From IMG/VR virus record IMGVR_UViG_3300045988_127881: a DNA stretch of 64,000 nucleotides. One strand, given 5' to 3'. Numbering within the stretch: position 1 is the first letter of the stretch; the number at the start of each line of letters is the position of its first letter. The notes below the pieces were generated by a model. It was given only the letters and a program-made list of their open reading frames with translations, searched no databases and was not told where the DNA came from. Source of the stretch: a virus. The position numbers were made by a program, and so were the translations under genes. Shown here piece by piece: positions 28,701 through 37,299 of the stretch.

Positions 28701-30137
28701 CAGCGCATCTACCGCACTGTTCAACTTGCTGAGTGTCGCAGGGTCGGCCTTTGTGCCATTTATCGAGTTCTGTCTTATCTCGGATTTGTACCGTCGCACT
28801 TCTGCTATCAGAGGCGTAAGCTCTTTGTAAGTAGTGCGTCTTGCCGCACTACCAATCGGGAAACTGCTGTTGACCTTGTGTCTGTAGCCAAAAGCCCTCG
28901 ACAATAGCTCAGAACTATTTTGCAATGGCATACGCAACGCAGCTCTGTTTGCTTCCATACGCGCAGCCACACGCGCCTGCTTCGCGCTTTCCGCATTCAG
29001 AGCCTTTATCTGCGTAGTGGCCGACGAAGCTGCCTTGTTTATCTGATTATAAAGCAAAGGCGCACGCGTCCCCTTGTTCTCAACCATTTTGGCATTTTCA
29101 AGGGTATGAACGTAACGGCTGAGTGCCGACTGCGCGTTCTTCAACTCTGGCGTCAACTGGCCGCCCTTTGAGGTGTACGCACTTATCTTGGCCAAAGTTT
29201 CTTTTGCCTTGGCCAGTGCGTCTGCATTCTTAAAGGCATTCTTTATGTCAGCTTCTCTGTTCGAATGTTGTATGGCTCTCTCTTTTTCCCATGCCTTATA
29301 GCGCAATGAACCTTTCTCTGGCAAATTCCTTACCGTCATCACACGGTAGGGGTTCATCAGCATTTGTCTAATGCCATCTATATATCTTTGCTGCCCGCTC
29401 ATGCTGTTTAATGCAGCCACACGTTTGTCAAGCATTGCCTGCATATTGGCACGCTTGCGTCCCTTCACGCTATTTACATAGCGTTGCATCTCCGCTATTT
29501 CTTTAGCCTCTTTGTTAAATGCAGCAAGATTTCGCCCCTTTTGCGGAGACAAAAGAATTTCTCTATTGAGATTTTTATAGCTCGACGACCACCCGCTCCT
29601 TGTCACCACCTTTTCTTTCCAGCTTCCAGAAAGATAAGTTGAACTTGCACTGCTTTTCGCACTCGGTCTTGCGGCTTGTCTTGCAGGCTGCGCAGCTGGC
29701 TCGCTGCGCTGGCTTTTCTTGCCCGTGTCTTGCGTTGTCTTAACCTTGATGGTTTCTCCTACTGCCGACTGTACAGCCTTCTTGATGCCCGACGTGTCTA
29801 CGGCCACCTTTGCCACATACGACCCCTTGTTTATGGCTGATTGTATGTCAGCGGCCAATGACGAAGCGTTGGCCTTTACTGCTGCGGTAAATTTACCCTT
29901 GCTAATAGCACTGTTTATATCGGCAACAATAGCTTTCGTGTCGGCCTTCACTGTCAACTTTAGCTCCGTTCCTTTCTTCGACGAAACAGCACTTAGTGCA
30001 GAGTTCAAGCCATTAACATCTATCTTGGGTGATATGGCTACATTCAGCTTCCGTATCTTGTCCTCAATAGATTTTATTCCTGCTGAAGTGCTATCCTTTA
30101 TCTGTACTTCATAAAAAAGATTTCCGAGATTTGCCAT
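22701..30137 (-). CDS. tail tape measure protein (2478 aa)
   Basis: Giant ORF after the chaperone genes. Long coiled-coil and low-complexity stretches with central hydrophobic segments. Its ATG overlaps the chaperone stop (TAATG). Confidence 0.9.
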   Translation of the reverse strand: MANLGNLFYEVQIKDSTSAGIKSIEDKIRKLNVAISPKIDVNGLNSALSAVSSKKGTELKLTVKADTKAIVADINSAISKGKFTAAVKANASSLAADIQSAINKGSYVAKVAVDTSGIKKAVQSAVGETIKVKTTQDTGKKSQRSEPAAQPARQAARPSAKSSASSTYLSGSWKEKVVTRSGWSSSYKNLNREILLSPQKGRNLAAFNKEAKEIAEMQRYVNSVKGRKRANMQAMLDKRVAALNSMSGQQRYIDGIRQMLMNPYRVMTVRNLPEKGSLRYKAWEKERAIQHSNREADIKNAFKNADALAKAKETLAKISAYTSKGGQLTPELKNAQSALSRYVHTLENAKMVENKGTRAPLLYNQINKAASSATTQIKALNAESAKQARVAARMEANRAALRMPLQNSSELLSRAFGYRHKVNSSFPIGSAARRTTYKELTPLIAEVRRYKSEIRQNSINGTKADPATLSKLNSAVDALNAKMRQIDKVASNIKLSKLNAGGYARDLRNIVSEMQNVGSRGGWLRDQLQNIFSIYGAKQFLDNLIQIGGEFEKQKIALGALFGSKLKADTMYSKIQNLAVQSPFTFGELTNFTKQLASFGFEYKDIYDTTKRLADLSAGIGVDMGRVILAYGQVFTAKFLKGPELRQFTEAGIPLVQELANKYTKERGQQISAGDVYNMVSEKQVRFEDVKEIIDKYTSEGGKFYKMQEKLSDSVAGKWSNLKDSIEIAYSELETSNKGVLKGAISLLTKAILNWKLYGNVIIGAVAAYGLLAAKGRVAAFMSQRAASTSAMINQQTMAVRAQTEAYNELVVAMNKKNVSQGFYRADGSWYSGMTHRERRAAGREARRLILKGQSAASLTPLYMGAPQYDPKTGERIISAKDKDWIKTYITHAEQWRTKMIALNKEFNQMSFSLAKCGVGMKMLWTKSKMALTGIWNTALMAGSAIKAMLVSMWPMLALTAAFSLWSNYKEDENMREDHAKDSMEGFKQAYKELKDFVDANPIEIAISSKNETQIADLVNAYTEQLRNSPINVDFALNHADSITDMAKRLKYLKKIAEEAAEAANKVKYNAASVSDAIDDETDDWGPDDQLHQNVKEYVKSLRDVEKESAKVSQDDMDKWFNEQDSYWAKLKQKNGPSQYKKDLAELRRELEYYKGIGDSKGFVQSIYDFNQKYPNTTHHPTREFELGGSMEDLSDAIHDSKQAYDVFAADMASASAVIMAQLNSDSSAVVTETLNNGQKITALTDAGHMQMVSYIQDYANLHKLGAEETQAMIAEMESRYRASSDATWQQQSTAMDALMDLMQEKTKKLFEGKDLSKGFSQSQKEAINRMIDELPQQFDGYKAKLRQMCNAASSELMIRIGIQFNMLNTPQTAVKSNAQETFDTAFPSGKGDSAKYFLLRPTDPAMSTDEMIKGWQANIERDTERLRYLKTVTAKNKRNDQLIKNIENNIEMNKEALRRVNPWALSETEAKLNKKDNQAAEKARRAREKRQREEEKQLREYEKKKQEEYNQLKRVKDVFEKLRDLYGDVGALNKIKDSGLFKKDFIPDAAKTREEFVAAYKKMLVKLKGSIKPKSDALKKLIDEIEREKFDISFQVDKDKLDEQVKTLEAALDRAGDAWSRFKTLQEGGFTKELAGRFAFGQDYGHYDHTNMADDMYERLGFVMSHNTPSGVEAWDDVLRMNTEEIKKAYGYNAEAYSPVLKLVEAYQKANKEIKSENDKLFTDLYKSSRDYAEKVNAVEKKKQKDVATIREQGRGYNELKAQYDETKTSLDYAKERLDFLKPETKEYKTQEKLIKKLETRFAKLNEKMGEKLPPDVVARLVGERNKQALEELGKLEWEEFQKGSDYMTFFQAVLSMSEQTMQSVYSTIRGYLDKAFQDGKMSAKDYYDNLQKLDEQKEKKENDTTKSRKFFLEGRKGAAQWSVDHYKAKYEKANVDYANSSEKRKDFEFRYGEQIGNDSSLSEQHKKLKDDEDTKKKEKKAAEKHLAAAMRFLKLINDTSDTFSKVAEEFSKLGSIADNLMEMSGGVYKGESSTFYKFAKGLQTVSAVGGNLTDAAGSFLSGDFLGGAASLTSAASAFFNLFGAITHERAERYAYESETSGSAAENFGKIVNKYGIYTSPQELAANYEKSHVGRYNDVSEMLKGISENDGKQMVEASRRYDMVFTFGGNGVPHMEKKYKDDGEELKKEGYDKAKNITALGAQYALLVQQRNKLLDAADTERNGKSGDKAKADDYQKQAEEITEQINEFKSNVLKEIYGIDFTSFANSLSSALVDAFKNGQDAAEVFANSVNDLLDTITKNVIAQAIIMPELEKLSKAVEAAYDLNDPDSINKVIDLIVDFRDNVGPRLVEDSKKVRDGVNERTDGALSSSGSSSSMSSSIKGLTEETGSLLASYINAIRADVSMSRDMLKQVVEVAFPQMNVLAEQQLKQLNAIVQQAKLIEANTRSNAEAAKNIQSALNSVLTLGNGGKAVRIKT

Positions 30138-30546
30138 TATTTATATTCGTTTAAGTCTAAATTTACCTTGTTGCCTTTCTTTCCATACTTGTTCTTCCAA
30201 CGCCTCATGGCATCGTTTACTTCGCCAGCTCGAGGCTTCTTCGCACCATCTTTCTTGTCTTTCTTGGTGTTGTATATTATTATCGGGCAGTCCGAAGTGA
30301 GCAATTCTATCTGAGCGAGTGTCATGCCATAGTAGTAGTTCCACATCGGCACGTTTATAAGCCCCCAAAAGAAACTCTTGCTCGCCACCAAGTCTGGGTG
30401 CTTCTCGCCTAAAGACCACGCTGCACCTGGTTCTGTTCGCGAAGGATACGTTCGGTCTCCTTCCTCGTCATCGCCATCATCGTGTCCTTTATCCCTATCA
30501 TCAATGTGGTAAGCAGAAAGTAATTCTCTGCACCCAGTTTTTTTTT
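30137..30546 (-). CDS. tail assembly chaperone, -1 frameshift extension (G-T type fusion C-terminal part)
   Basis: The -1 frame opens exactly at the A9 run (TAA just before it) and stays open to the stop at 30137. It contains track ORF 30137..30391. Confidence 0.6.
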
Positions 30547-30867
30547 ACACATCATCATCAAGGGCGAATACTCTTCTTCTGTGTACTGCTTCACATAGTA
30601 GAACCATCGCCACACAAGCCAATACCACAACTTGATTGACCAATAACCGTTGAGCACTATTATCGCTGCGCACTTGGCACTCACCTTCGACTCACTACTC
30701 TCGTTCAGTAGTATGTCTGTCATGATGTCTCTCACGCACCCTCTTATCCAGCGCAACTTTATTTTCTTCTTTCTTAAATACACCACATCGGCCTTGTCGT
30801 GCATCACCGCTTTTTGCAGTGACTGCATCTCTTCGTCGGGCTGCTCTAATATCTTTTTCTTAGCCAT
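30409..30867 (-). CDS. tail assembly chaperone (G-like, zero frame)
   Basis: 152-aa ORF immediately upstream of the TMP, containing the slippery run. Confidence 0.65.
   Translation of the reverse strand: MAKKKILEQPDEEMQSLQKAVMHDKADVVYLRKKKIKLRWIRGCVRDIMTDILLNESSESKVSAKCAAIIVLNGYWSIKLWYWLVWRWFYYVKQYTEEEYSPLMMMCKKKLGAENYFLLTTLMIGIKDTMMAMTRKETERILREQNQVQRGL
30538..30546 (-). promoter_or_regulatory. slippery A9 run for -1 programmed frameshift
   Basis: The minus strand reads TGT AAA AAA AAA CTG. Confidence 0.55.
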
Positions 30868-30993
30868 ATCGTCAAATAAAAAATTAGCCCAAACAGGGAG
30901 ACTTGCGCCGCCCCATTCGGGCTAAGATTTACAACTTAGTTTGTCGCGTTTTAGTGCCTTCCGTTTCTTTCTTTTCGTCAGACGTTCCTTCAA

Positions 30994-31578
30994 CTACTTT
31001 TTTTTTAACAACAGAATTTCGTAACCCTCCGAACTTGGACGAGGTGTCACAACCACCTTGAAGTAAGCAGGGTTGTCACCATCTGAAGCGTTAAAACTTG
31101 ACACAATGTGAGCATAGGGCAACACAATGATAGTCGACTTGTCCTCTGACTTGAATATGAGAGAACCAAGCACAACTTTCGGGTCGAGGTCGTATGCGTC
31201 ACCCTCATAAACAACCGTTGCATCTTCGGTCTTTTCGGAGAGTACACCTTCTCCAGATGTTATTGCATCTGAGTTTTGCTTGTTCAGAAGCAGGTCGTTA
31301 ACTGCGCCGTCAATACTTGCCACATTAAACGAAATGTCTGAGTCACCTCTCTTTGTCTTCTGCGACCAAATCTTACCGTTAATGAGCTTGATTTGGGTCA
31401 CGTCAGGTTCGCCAGTGTTGAATCCTACGCTATTCTCAATAATTGGCAACTCAAGGTCTACCGTAAGCGCGGTTTTTAGGTCTGCTGCTTTCAACTCGCC
31501 AGCCTTGAAGAAAACTTGATTTACGCTCGAGAATATCGTACCAAGATTGTCAATATTCTTTGTTACTGTTAAAGCCAT
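30994..31578 (-). CDS. major tail protein
   Basis: 195 aa from the ATG at 31578 (MALTVTKNIDNLG...). Position upstream of the chaperones. The track start at 31659 would overlap the upstream gene. Confidence 0.6.
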   Translation of the reverse strand: MALTVTKNIDNLGTIFSSVNQVFFKAGELKAADLKTALTVDLELPIIENSVGFNTGEPDVTQIKLINGKIWSQKTKRGDSDISFNVASIDGAVNDLLLNKQNSDAITSGEGVLSEKTEDATVVYEGDAYDLDPKVVLGSLIFKSEDKSTIIVLPYAHIVSSFNASDGDNPAYFKVVVTPRPSSEGYEILLLKKK

Positions 31579-31597
31579 AATATTTATTATTAAAAGT

Positions 31598-32134
31598 TTA
31601 TACTCTGATTCTTTTCCAAACAATCTTGTTAAGCATCGAGGGGGTCTTGTTGTACGCATTGGTTAACACGCTCGCATCACCACCTTCCAAAAACATGTAA
31701 TACTCCACACCAATAGTCATTACCATCGACAAGCCTTTGCTGATGGCCTTGAACGACTTCAAAAAGGTCAGGGCTGTCTTGGTCGCATATTCATTTGTCG
31801 CGTCCACCTTGCCTTTCACCGCACGCGGACGGCCCTCAAAAGGACGCTTCAAATATACACGCTTGCCTAAACGTATCTTCTTGCCTAAAGCCTTGCGACC
31901 TGCCACCATCTCGCCATTGGCATACTCTTGCAGCACACCATTGTTGTAAATGCCTATCGTAAACGAGGTTTGAGCATTACCTGTGAAACCTGTCCATTCC
32001 TTCCGCTCAATAGCATACGAAATCAATAATATGCCGCAATTATAAAGGCATCTTATCATCGACTGAAAGAGCTTGTCATGCGCACGCTTCATTCCGTCTC
32101 TGAACACTGACAGATTATCTGATTGGCAACTCAT
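31598..32134 (-). CDS. tail terminator / neck protein
   Basis: 178-aa ORF; positional call. Confidence 0.45.
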   Translation of the reverse strand: MSCQSDNLSVFRDGMKRAHDKLFQSMIRCLYNCGILLISYAIERKEWTGFTGNAQTSFTIGIYNNGVLQEYANGEMVAGRKALGKKIRLGKRVYLKRPFEGRPRAVKGKVDATNEYATKTALTFLKSFKAISKGLSMVMTIGVEYYMFLEGGDASVLTNAYNKTPSMLNKIVWKRIRV

Positions 32135-32141
32135 GCTTCTT

Positions 32142-32468
32142 CTAATTCTTCGGAAGACAGAAGTATACAGTAGTACCCAAGTTCGTAGGGTATGAGTCCG
32201 TGGCTATCGCACCGCTAATAGTGCCGACAAGGTCTTCCACGTCTATCAATACACCTGTCGATATGCCTCTTATCTGCCCTGGTATCGAAAGCGCATAGTC
32301 TGCACGCTGCACACCATCGTTCCCTGTAAAGGTTCTGATTGATGTGTTGCCGTATTTCCTGCAAGGGCCTTCGTAGATTATCTCTTGCTCGCCCTTGCTG
32401 AAATTCGACACGCCACGCATTCTGTACACCTTGCAGGTGTGAGGCCACCTCGGATTTTCTACTGCCAT
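32142..32468 (-). CDS. head-tail connector protein
   Basis: ATG at 32468 (MAVENPRWPHTCKVY...) overlaps the upstream stop by 8 nt; positional call. Confidence 0.45.
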   Translation of the reverse strand: MAVENPRWPHTCKVYRMRGVSNFSKGEQEIIYEGPCRKYGNTSIRTFTGNDGVQRADYALSIPGQIRGISTGVLIDVEDLVGTISGAIATDSYPTNLGTTVYFCLPKN

Positions 32469-32872
32469 AATCTGTCTGTTGTGTTTATCACCATGTGAGC
32501 TTGTACTACCCACACCGTAAAGCCGTTTCCATCATCTCCCTTAAACAAAAGCCTCGGACTCGTTATCGAATATCTTTCTTCTACTATCGGGAATAGGCCC
32601 AAAAGGTTGTCCAGCATCTCTTGCAACTCGTCGGTCGCCGATATGCCGCCCTCTCTGTTCCTTACAATCAGGTCAAACCTTACTTCTGTGTTCTGATAAG
32701 CCCCCTGGTTCTGTATTTCCGCAGGAAGGCTTACTACTGATATACTGTCTTTCTGCTCGCCTATACCGATAGGGCGATGCTCTGCGTAGGTGCAAGCTCC
32801 AACTTTCGCTTCGCTCAATTTTACGCACAACATCTCTAATATATCCTTTATGTAATACCTTACCTGCTTCAT
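32459..32872 (-). CDS. head-tail connector protein
   Basis: ATG at 32872 (MKQVRYYIKDILE...); positional call. Confidence 0.45.
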   Translation of the reverse strand: MKQVRYYIKDILEMLCVKLSEAKVGACTYAEHRPIGIGEQKDSISVVSLPAEIQNQGAYQNTEVRFDLIVRNREGGISATDELQEMLDNLLGLFPIVEERYSITSPRLLFKGDDGNGFTVWVVQAHMVINTTDRLWQ

Positions 32873-32886
32873 ACATTTCTTATTCT

Positions 32887-33246
32887 CTATCTGCGTGCAA
32901 TGCCCCAACTCTTGACCACCACCTTGCTTGATGTCGTGTTCTCGCCATACAACTTGTATATGTCATTGGCCATCTGGCGGAGATTACGCTTGTCAAAAGC
33001 CGAACTCTGAGTGCCGCCTTCCTTGTGCTTCCACACACCGTCTGCGTCCTCAACTGAACCTTGCACACTCGGAGTCGAAGCACACCACATGTACAGGTCT
33101 GCCCTACACAAATCCTTTGTGCGCTTGTCAAGCGTCGAAACATCTGTTTCGGGTGCTACTTCGCGGTCTATCAATATGCTCGTTATGGCATTATCCTTAA
33201 CCTCAAAGCCTACCACGCCATGTAAGTATTCTTCTATCGTCGTCAT
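32887..33246 (-). CDS. head-tail adaptor / head completion protein
   Basis: 119-aa ORF directly after the capsid gene. Confidence 0.45.
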   Translation of the reverse strand: MTTIEEYLHGVVGFEVKDNAITSILIDREVAPETDVSTLDKRTKDLCRADLYMWCASTPSVQGSVEDADGVWKHKEGGTQSSAFDKRNLRQMANDIYKLYGENTTSSKVVVKSWGIARR

Positions 33247-33248
33247 AA

Positions 33249-34424
33249 CTATGCTGTCACTGTGTAAATTTGCATATAGCGCGGCATCTGTGGCACAAGC
33301 AAAATAGATGTTTCGCTCTGCACGTACATTGTCTTGGTCGCAGAGTTGTATCTTTGGGTGAGCAATGTGCGGTTGCCGTCAAACCATGCCACGCGCTCGG
33401 CAGGGTCGTCCATTGTCAACTGCTGTACCGACTTGATTGTACCAATCTGTCCGTCGGGAACGAACGACACATTGCAGGGGGCAAAGTTCTCAATCGACAC
33501 GGGCTTCAACGACTTGCTGTCTGCGTCATACTTGTCAACGGCAGCCACACTGTCACGGGTCACAATCTTGCAGCCAATGATGCGCTCAATCTGCGACTTC
33601 AGCACGTCATCTGTCAGGTTCTTTGCAGCTACAATGGCACTCTCGTCTGTCACCATGGGGTTCAAGGCCAAACCAATGCGCTTCAAAACCTTTGAGTGTG
33701 TCAGCAAGTCGTCGAACAAGTCTTGCGACATCTCAAAGTGACCTGCTGGATAACCATTCTTGCGCATCATCTTGACCTTGTTCTTCAAATACTGCAATGG
33801 GTCTGACGCAGCACCCTCATTTGCCTGCACATGCTCGCTCTTTGTCCACCAACGCTCGGTGGTCTTCAGCTCGTCCATGTTCTCGGCTGGAATGCCAAAG
33901 TCAAAGGTCAAACCTGTCAAACCTTGGGGGTTGTTCTCTGCGTCAATGGTGAACTTGCCAGTCGAGCAAATGCGCATACGCTGGTGGGTGCGCGCATTCA
34001 CATTGGCTTGGAGCAACTGGTCTGTACTCTCAAACATCAAGTTCAGAATGGCGTCGCGCGACTCGCCTGTCAAAGCGGCTTGGCCAAATTTCTTCACAGC
34101 AAGCATGCGCTCACGCAATATCTTGCGGTTCATCGCATAACGCGCTTTCTGAGTCGGAATTTTATTTGACCCAATAACGAAACCGCCAAGACTGCGGTCA
34201 TAAGCATCACTCTCCGAGTCTACATAGGTAGGCAGCGTGGTAATGCCCAAATTAACTTCAAGCTGCTCGTAGGTGTAGTCCAACTGCACCTCGGGGTCCC
34301 ATGCAAAGCCGTCGGTCTGCTCCTTGTTGTACTTGGTCTTGAACTTGTCAACAAACTGCTGAAAAGTCACGTCGCCAAGGCCAAAGGCAAGCAACTCGTA
34401 ATAATTACCTGGTCTTGTATTCAT
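33249..34424 (-). CDS. major capsid protein
   Basis: 391-aa ORF in the lambda-like order scaffold, decoration, capsid. Confidence 0.65.
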   Translation of the reverse strand: MNTRPGNYYELLAFGLGDVTFQQFVDKFKTKYNKEQTDGFAWDPEVQLDYTYEQLEVNLGITTLPTYVDSESDAYDRSLGGFVIGSNKIPTQKARYAMNRKILRERMLAVKKFGQAALTGESRDAILNLMFESTDQLLQANVNARTHQRMRICSTGKFTIDAENNPQGLTGLTFDFGIPAENMDELKTTERWWTKSEHVQANEGAASDPLQYLKNKVKMMRKNGYPAGHFEMSQDLFDDLLTHSKVLKRIGLALNPMVTDESAIVAAKNLTDDVLKSQIERIIGCKIVTRDSVAAVDKYDADSKSLKPVSIENFAPCNVSFVPDGQIGTIKSVQQLTMDDPAERVAWFDGNRTLLTQRYNSATKTMYVQSETSILLVPQMPRYMQIYTVTA

Positions 34425-34442
34425 AAGATTATCCTGTTTTTG

Positions 34443-34856
34443 TTATTTTTCTTTGATAGCATGTATCTCGGAAAGTACGGCCCACACCTCCGAAGGAACT
34501 TCTTCGGCAAGGCGGTCTGCATAAATCTTGCCACCATATACAACGGTGGCAGTTGCATAGGTCGTACCCTTTTCTACCCAAATGTCGTTTTCAAGCAAAC
34601 CATTGATGGTCTTTGGCTCTACCGTGCCACCTGTGTTTGTGGCAGTCTTTACATCTGTCGCCTTTACAATCTTTGCCTGATGCTTCGCATGGTCAAACAC
34701 AACCATCGAACCTGCTGGAATAACGTCATTCTCATCAAAATCCGACAGGTTGGTCACGCTACCACCACCAGGCCATTTGCCTGTCACTTCGTACCATACA
34801 TTCTTGCCGCTACCAAACTCTTTCTTGGACGAGCCGAAAGTATTAAAGCTACTCAT
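34443..34856 (-). CDS. head decoration-like protein
   Basis: 137 aa from the ATG at 34856 (MSSFNTFGSSKKEF...). Lies between the scaffold and capsid genes. Confidence 0.45.
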   Translation of the reverse strand: MSSFNTFGSSKKEFGSGKNVWYEVTGKWPGGGSVTNLSDFDENDVIPAGSMVVFDHAKHQAKIVKATDVKTATNTGGTVEPKTINGLLENDIWVEKGTTYATATVVYGGKIYADRLAEEVPSEVWAVLSEIHAIKEK

Positions 34857-34878
34857 AGTGTTAAATAATATTAAGTTA

Positions 34879-35541
34879 CTACTCTGCTTTCGGGAATTTT
34901 CCCTCTGCTGCTTTTCTGTCAAAGAATGCGTCAAGGGCCTTGCTGCCAGTGTCGTTGCCATCAGTGCCATTGCCTGAATTGCCGCGCGGCGTAGCTCCGT
35001 CACCAAAGCATGACTTGTAATTCGCATCATAAGCCTTTAGGCTTTCTTCAACAGCATCTTCTACGGACTTCGCTGTGTCAAATTCTTTCTGACCAAGGGT
35101 CTGTTTCAAGATGTATTCGTTCTCTGCACCTTTTGAACGCATCTCGGACATAAGCCTTGCCTTGTAATCTTTCTGGCCTTGCTTCTTGTCTGCCTCGTCA
35201 AGCCTTGCTTTCAACGCAGCATTGTCTTCGCGGATTTGCTTCATAAGCTCCAATATTTCATTGGTGTCACCTTCACCGCCATCTTTCTTTAGCTTATTAA
35301 CAACTTTCTTCAGGTTATTACCCTCTTTCCATTTCTCAATGCCGCTTGATATTTCATGGCTTAACTGCCCCTCCATCGTTTTCAATATCGAGGCATGGGC
35401 TTCCAAAAACGCGTCATCTACTTGTGAGTCGTCACCCACTAATTTCAACGTGTTCTCTGCATAAGCACTTAGCGTTCGCTCACTAAGGCTGGTTTTTCCA
35501 ACTTTAGCAATTAGCTTTTCCAAAAGTTCTTCTTTTGTCAT
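34879..35541 (-). CDS. scaffolding protein
   Basis: 220 aa, charged and helical (LKARLDEADKKQGQKDYKARLMSEMR). First gene of the leftward late operon. Confidence 0.55.
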   Translation of the reverse strand: MTKEELLEKLIAKVGKTSLSERTLSAYAENTLKLVGDDSQVDDAFLEAHASILKTMEGQLSHEISSGIEKWKEGNNLKKVVNKLKKDGGEGDTNEILELMKQIREDNAALKARLDEADKKQGQKDYKARLMSEMRSKGAENEYILKQTLGQKEFDTAKSVEDAVEESLKAYDANYKSCFGDGATPRGNSGNGTDGNDTGSKALDAFFDRKAAEGKFPKAE

Positions 35542-35575
35542 ATCGGTCTATTTAGAACGTGTATTTTGTCTTTTG

Positions 35576-35583
35576 CAAATGTA
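35576..35583 (-). promoter_or_regulatory. candidate -7 box TACATTTG for leftward late operon
   Basis: Reverse complement of CAAATGTA, 35 nt upstream of the scaffold ATG. Confidence 0.4.
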
Positions 35584-35670
35584 TAAATATCCATCGATAT
35601 GCGCAATAATTTGCATAAATATTTGATACAACGTTTGATTTTGGCTATTTTTGCGCATATATTTATATAT

Positions 35671-37299
35671 ATGCAAGAGTTAGAAGATTTCAAAACTGTA
35701 CAAGGCAACAATATTTACTCTTATGAGTTTATTCAACAAATGAGAGCAAAGGAGGCTGACAGCACTTCAAGCAAAAACGTATTTGCACAAGCTGGCTGCC
35801 AAGAAAAATTCCTCGCAACTCACGCCGATTTAACCATTTTTGGCGGTTCTCGCGGCGGTGGAAAAAGCTTCGCCTTGTTGATTGAAACACTGAAAGATGT
35901 CTACAACCCTTACTTTAATGCGGTTATTCTGCGTGAGGAGAAGCCCGATTTGGAAAACCTTATTGACGAGTCTAACAAGATTTTCGAGCAATATGGTAAA
36001 TACAACCGCTCTAAAGATGATATGACGTGGAATTTCCATGCTGGCGGCAAACTGCACTTTGGCATCTACTCACAGGCTTTCTCCGACTTCCAGAAAAAAT
36101 ACCAAGGCAAGCAGTACGCATACATTGGGATTGACGAGATTACGCACATGCCGTACAAAAAGTTCAAATATCTCATGACGGACAACCGAAACGCACACGG
36201 CATAAGGAACAGGGTATATGGCACGTGTAACCCCGACCCCGACTCTTGGGTGAGAAAATTCATCGATTGGTGGATTGGCGACGACGGTTTCCCAATTCCC
36301 GAACGCGACGGGGTTATCAGATATTGCTTCATGGAGGGGAACACGCCTAACTCTATTATATGGGGCGACACACCCGACGAGGTCTATCTGCAATGTAAAA
36401 GGACCATTGACGGACTATGGAAACCTGCATACGCAAAATTGGGGTTTGACAAACTGACCATGTTCATCAAGTCGGTCTGCTTCATCTATGGCAAACTCGA
36501 AGAGAACATCAAATTGCTGTCGTCTGACCCTAACTATATCGCAAACCTTGCACAACAGGACGAGGAACAGCGTGGGCGTGACCTGAGTGGCAACTGGGAC
36601 ATTCGTGCTGGTGGCGATGACATCATCTCACGCACTTGCATGGAAAGGTTTTACAGCCTGCCACAAAACATCGAGGACCAGGGGCGCAAAAGGGTGTCAT
36701 GCGACGTGGCTTTTACAGGTGGCGACTCGCTCGTCATGTGGCTTTGGAACGGTTGGCATATTGAAGATGTCTTCGTGTGCAGAAACGATGCCAAAATGGC
36801 GGTGGACCTCGTCAAGGCTAAACTGAAGGAATGGGGCGTAATGGAGGAGAACATGACGTATGACTTGAACGGACTCGGGCAGGTGTTCAAGGGCTTCTTC
36901 CCGAGCGCAGTGCCTTTCAACAACATGGCCGCACCACTTCCGAGATGTAGCGAAGAGAGGACTGTGATAAAGTCGCTCTTCGGTAATCTTAAATCGGAGT
37001 GCGCATATATGTTTGCGGCAAAACTGAAAGCGGACGAACTCTCTATCAACCCCAACTTGCTTGACAGAAAATATAATGGCGACGGATTTGAGAAAATGCC
37101 ACTGAAACAAATCTTGTTGAGGGAAAGAAAGGCCATCAGACAAGATGCCGACTCTTCTGACAGAAGCTTCACACTGATAAATAAAAAGCGAATGAAAACG
37201 TATGTGGGACATTCTCCCGACTACATTGAAGCTATGTTTATGGTAATGATATTCGAACTCGTTAAACGTAAAATACGCAAAAACCTATGGATTCTATAA
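35671..37299 (+). CDS. terL: terminase large subunit
   Basis: Walker A FGGSRGGGKS and Walker B-like YIGIDEITH. ATG at 35671 (MQELEDFKTVQG...). About 540 aa. Confidence 0.85.
   Translation: MQELEDFKTVQGNNIYSYEFIQQMRAKEADSTSSKNVFAQAGCQEKFLATHADLTIFGGSRGGGKSFALLIETLKDVYNPYFNAVILREEKPDLENLIDESNKIFEQYGKYNRSKDDMTWNFHAGGKLHFGIYSQAFSDFQKKYQGKQYAYIGIDEITHMPYKKFKYLMTDNRNAHGIRNRVYGTCNPDPDSWVRKFIDWWIGDDGFPIPERDGVIRYCFMEGNTPNSIIWGDTPDEVYLQCKRTIDGLWKPAYAKLGFDKLTMFIKSVCFIYGKLEENIKLLSSDPNYIANLAQQDEEQRGRDLSGNWDIRAGGDDIISRTCMERFYSLPQNIEDQGRKRVSCDVAFTGGDSLVMWLWNGWHIEDVFVCRNDAKMAVDLVKAKLKEWGVMEENMTYDLNGLGQVFKGFFPSAVPFNNMAAPLPRCSEERTVIKSLFGNLKSECAYMFAAKLKADELSINPNLLDRKYNGDGFEKMPLKQILLRERKAIRQDADSSDRSFTLINKKRMKTYVGHSPDYIEAMFMVMIFELVKRKIRKNLWIL

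Noticed and set aside
22663-30114. Many 60-200-aa plus-strand ORFs inside the tape-measure gene (e.g. 25498..26115, 22663..23169, 28267..28686)
   Set aside because: They are antisense shadows of a 7.4-kb continuous ORF, low-complexity, with no starts or regulatory context. The same applies to 7014..7979 inside the helicase gene, 2402..3244 inside the fibre gene, and 36651..37212 inside terL.
30141-30419. 92-aa minus-strand ORF overlapping the chaperone region
   Set aside because: This is the third frame, Arg-rich with an implausible composition. The -1 frame (30137..30546) is the one that opens exactly at the slippery run.
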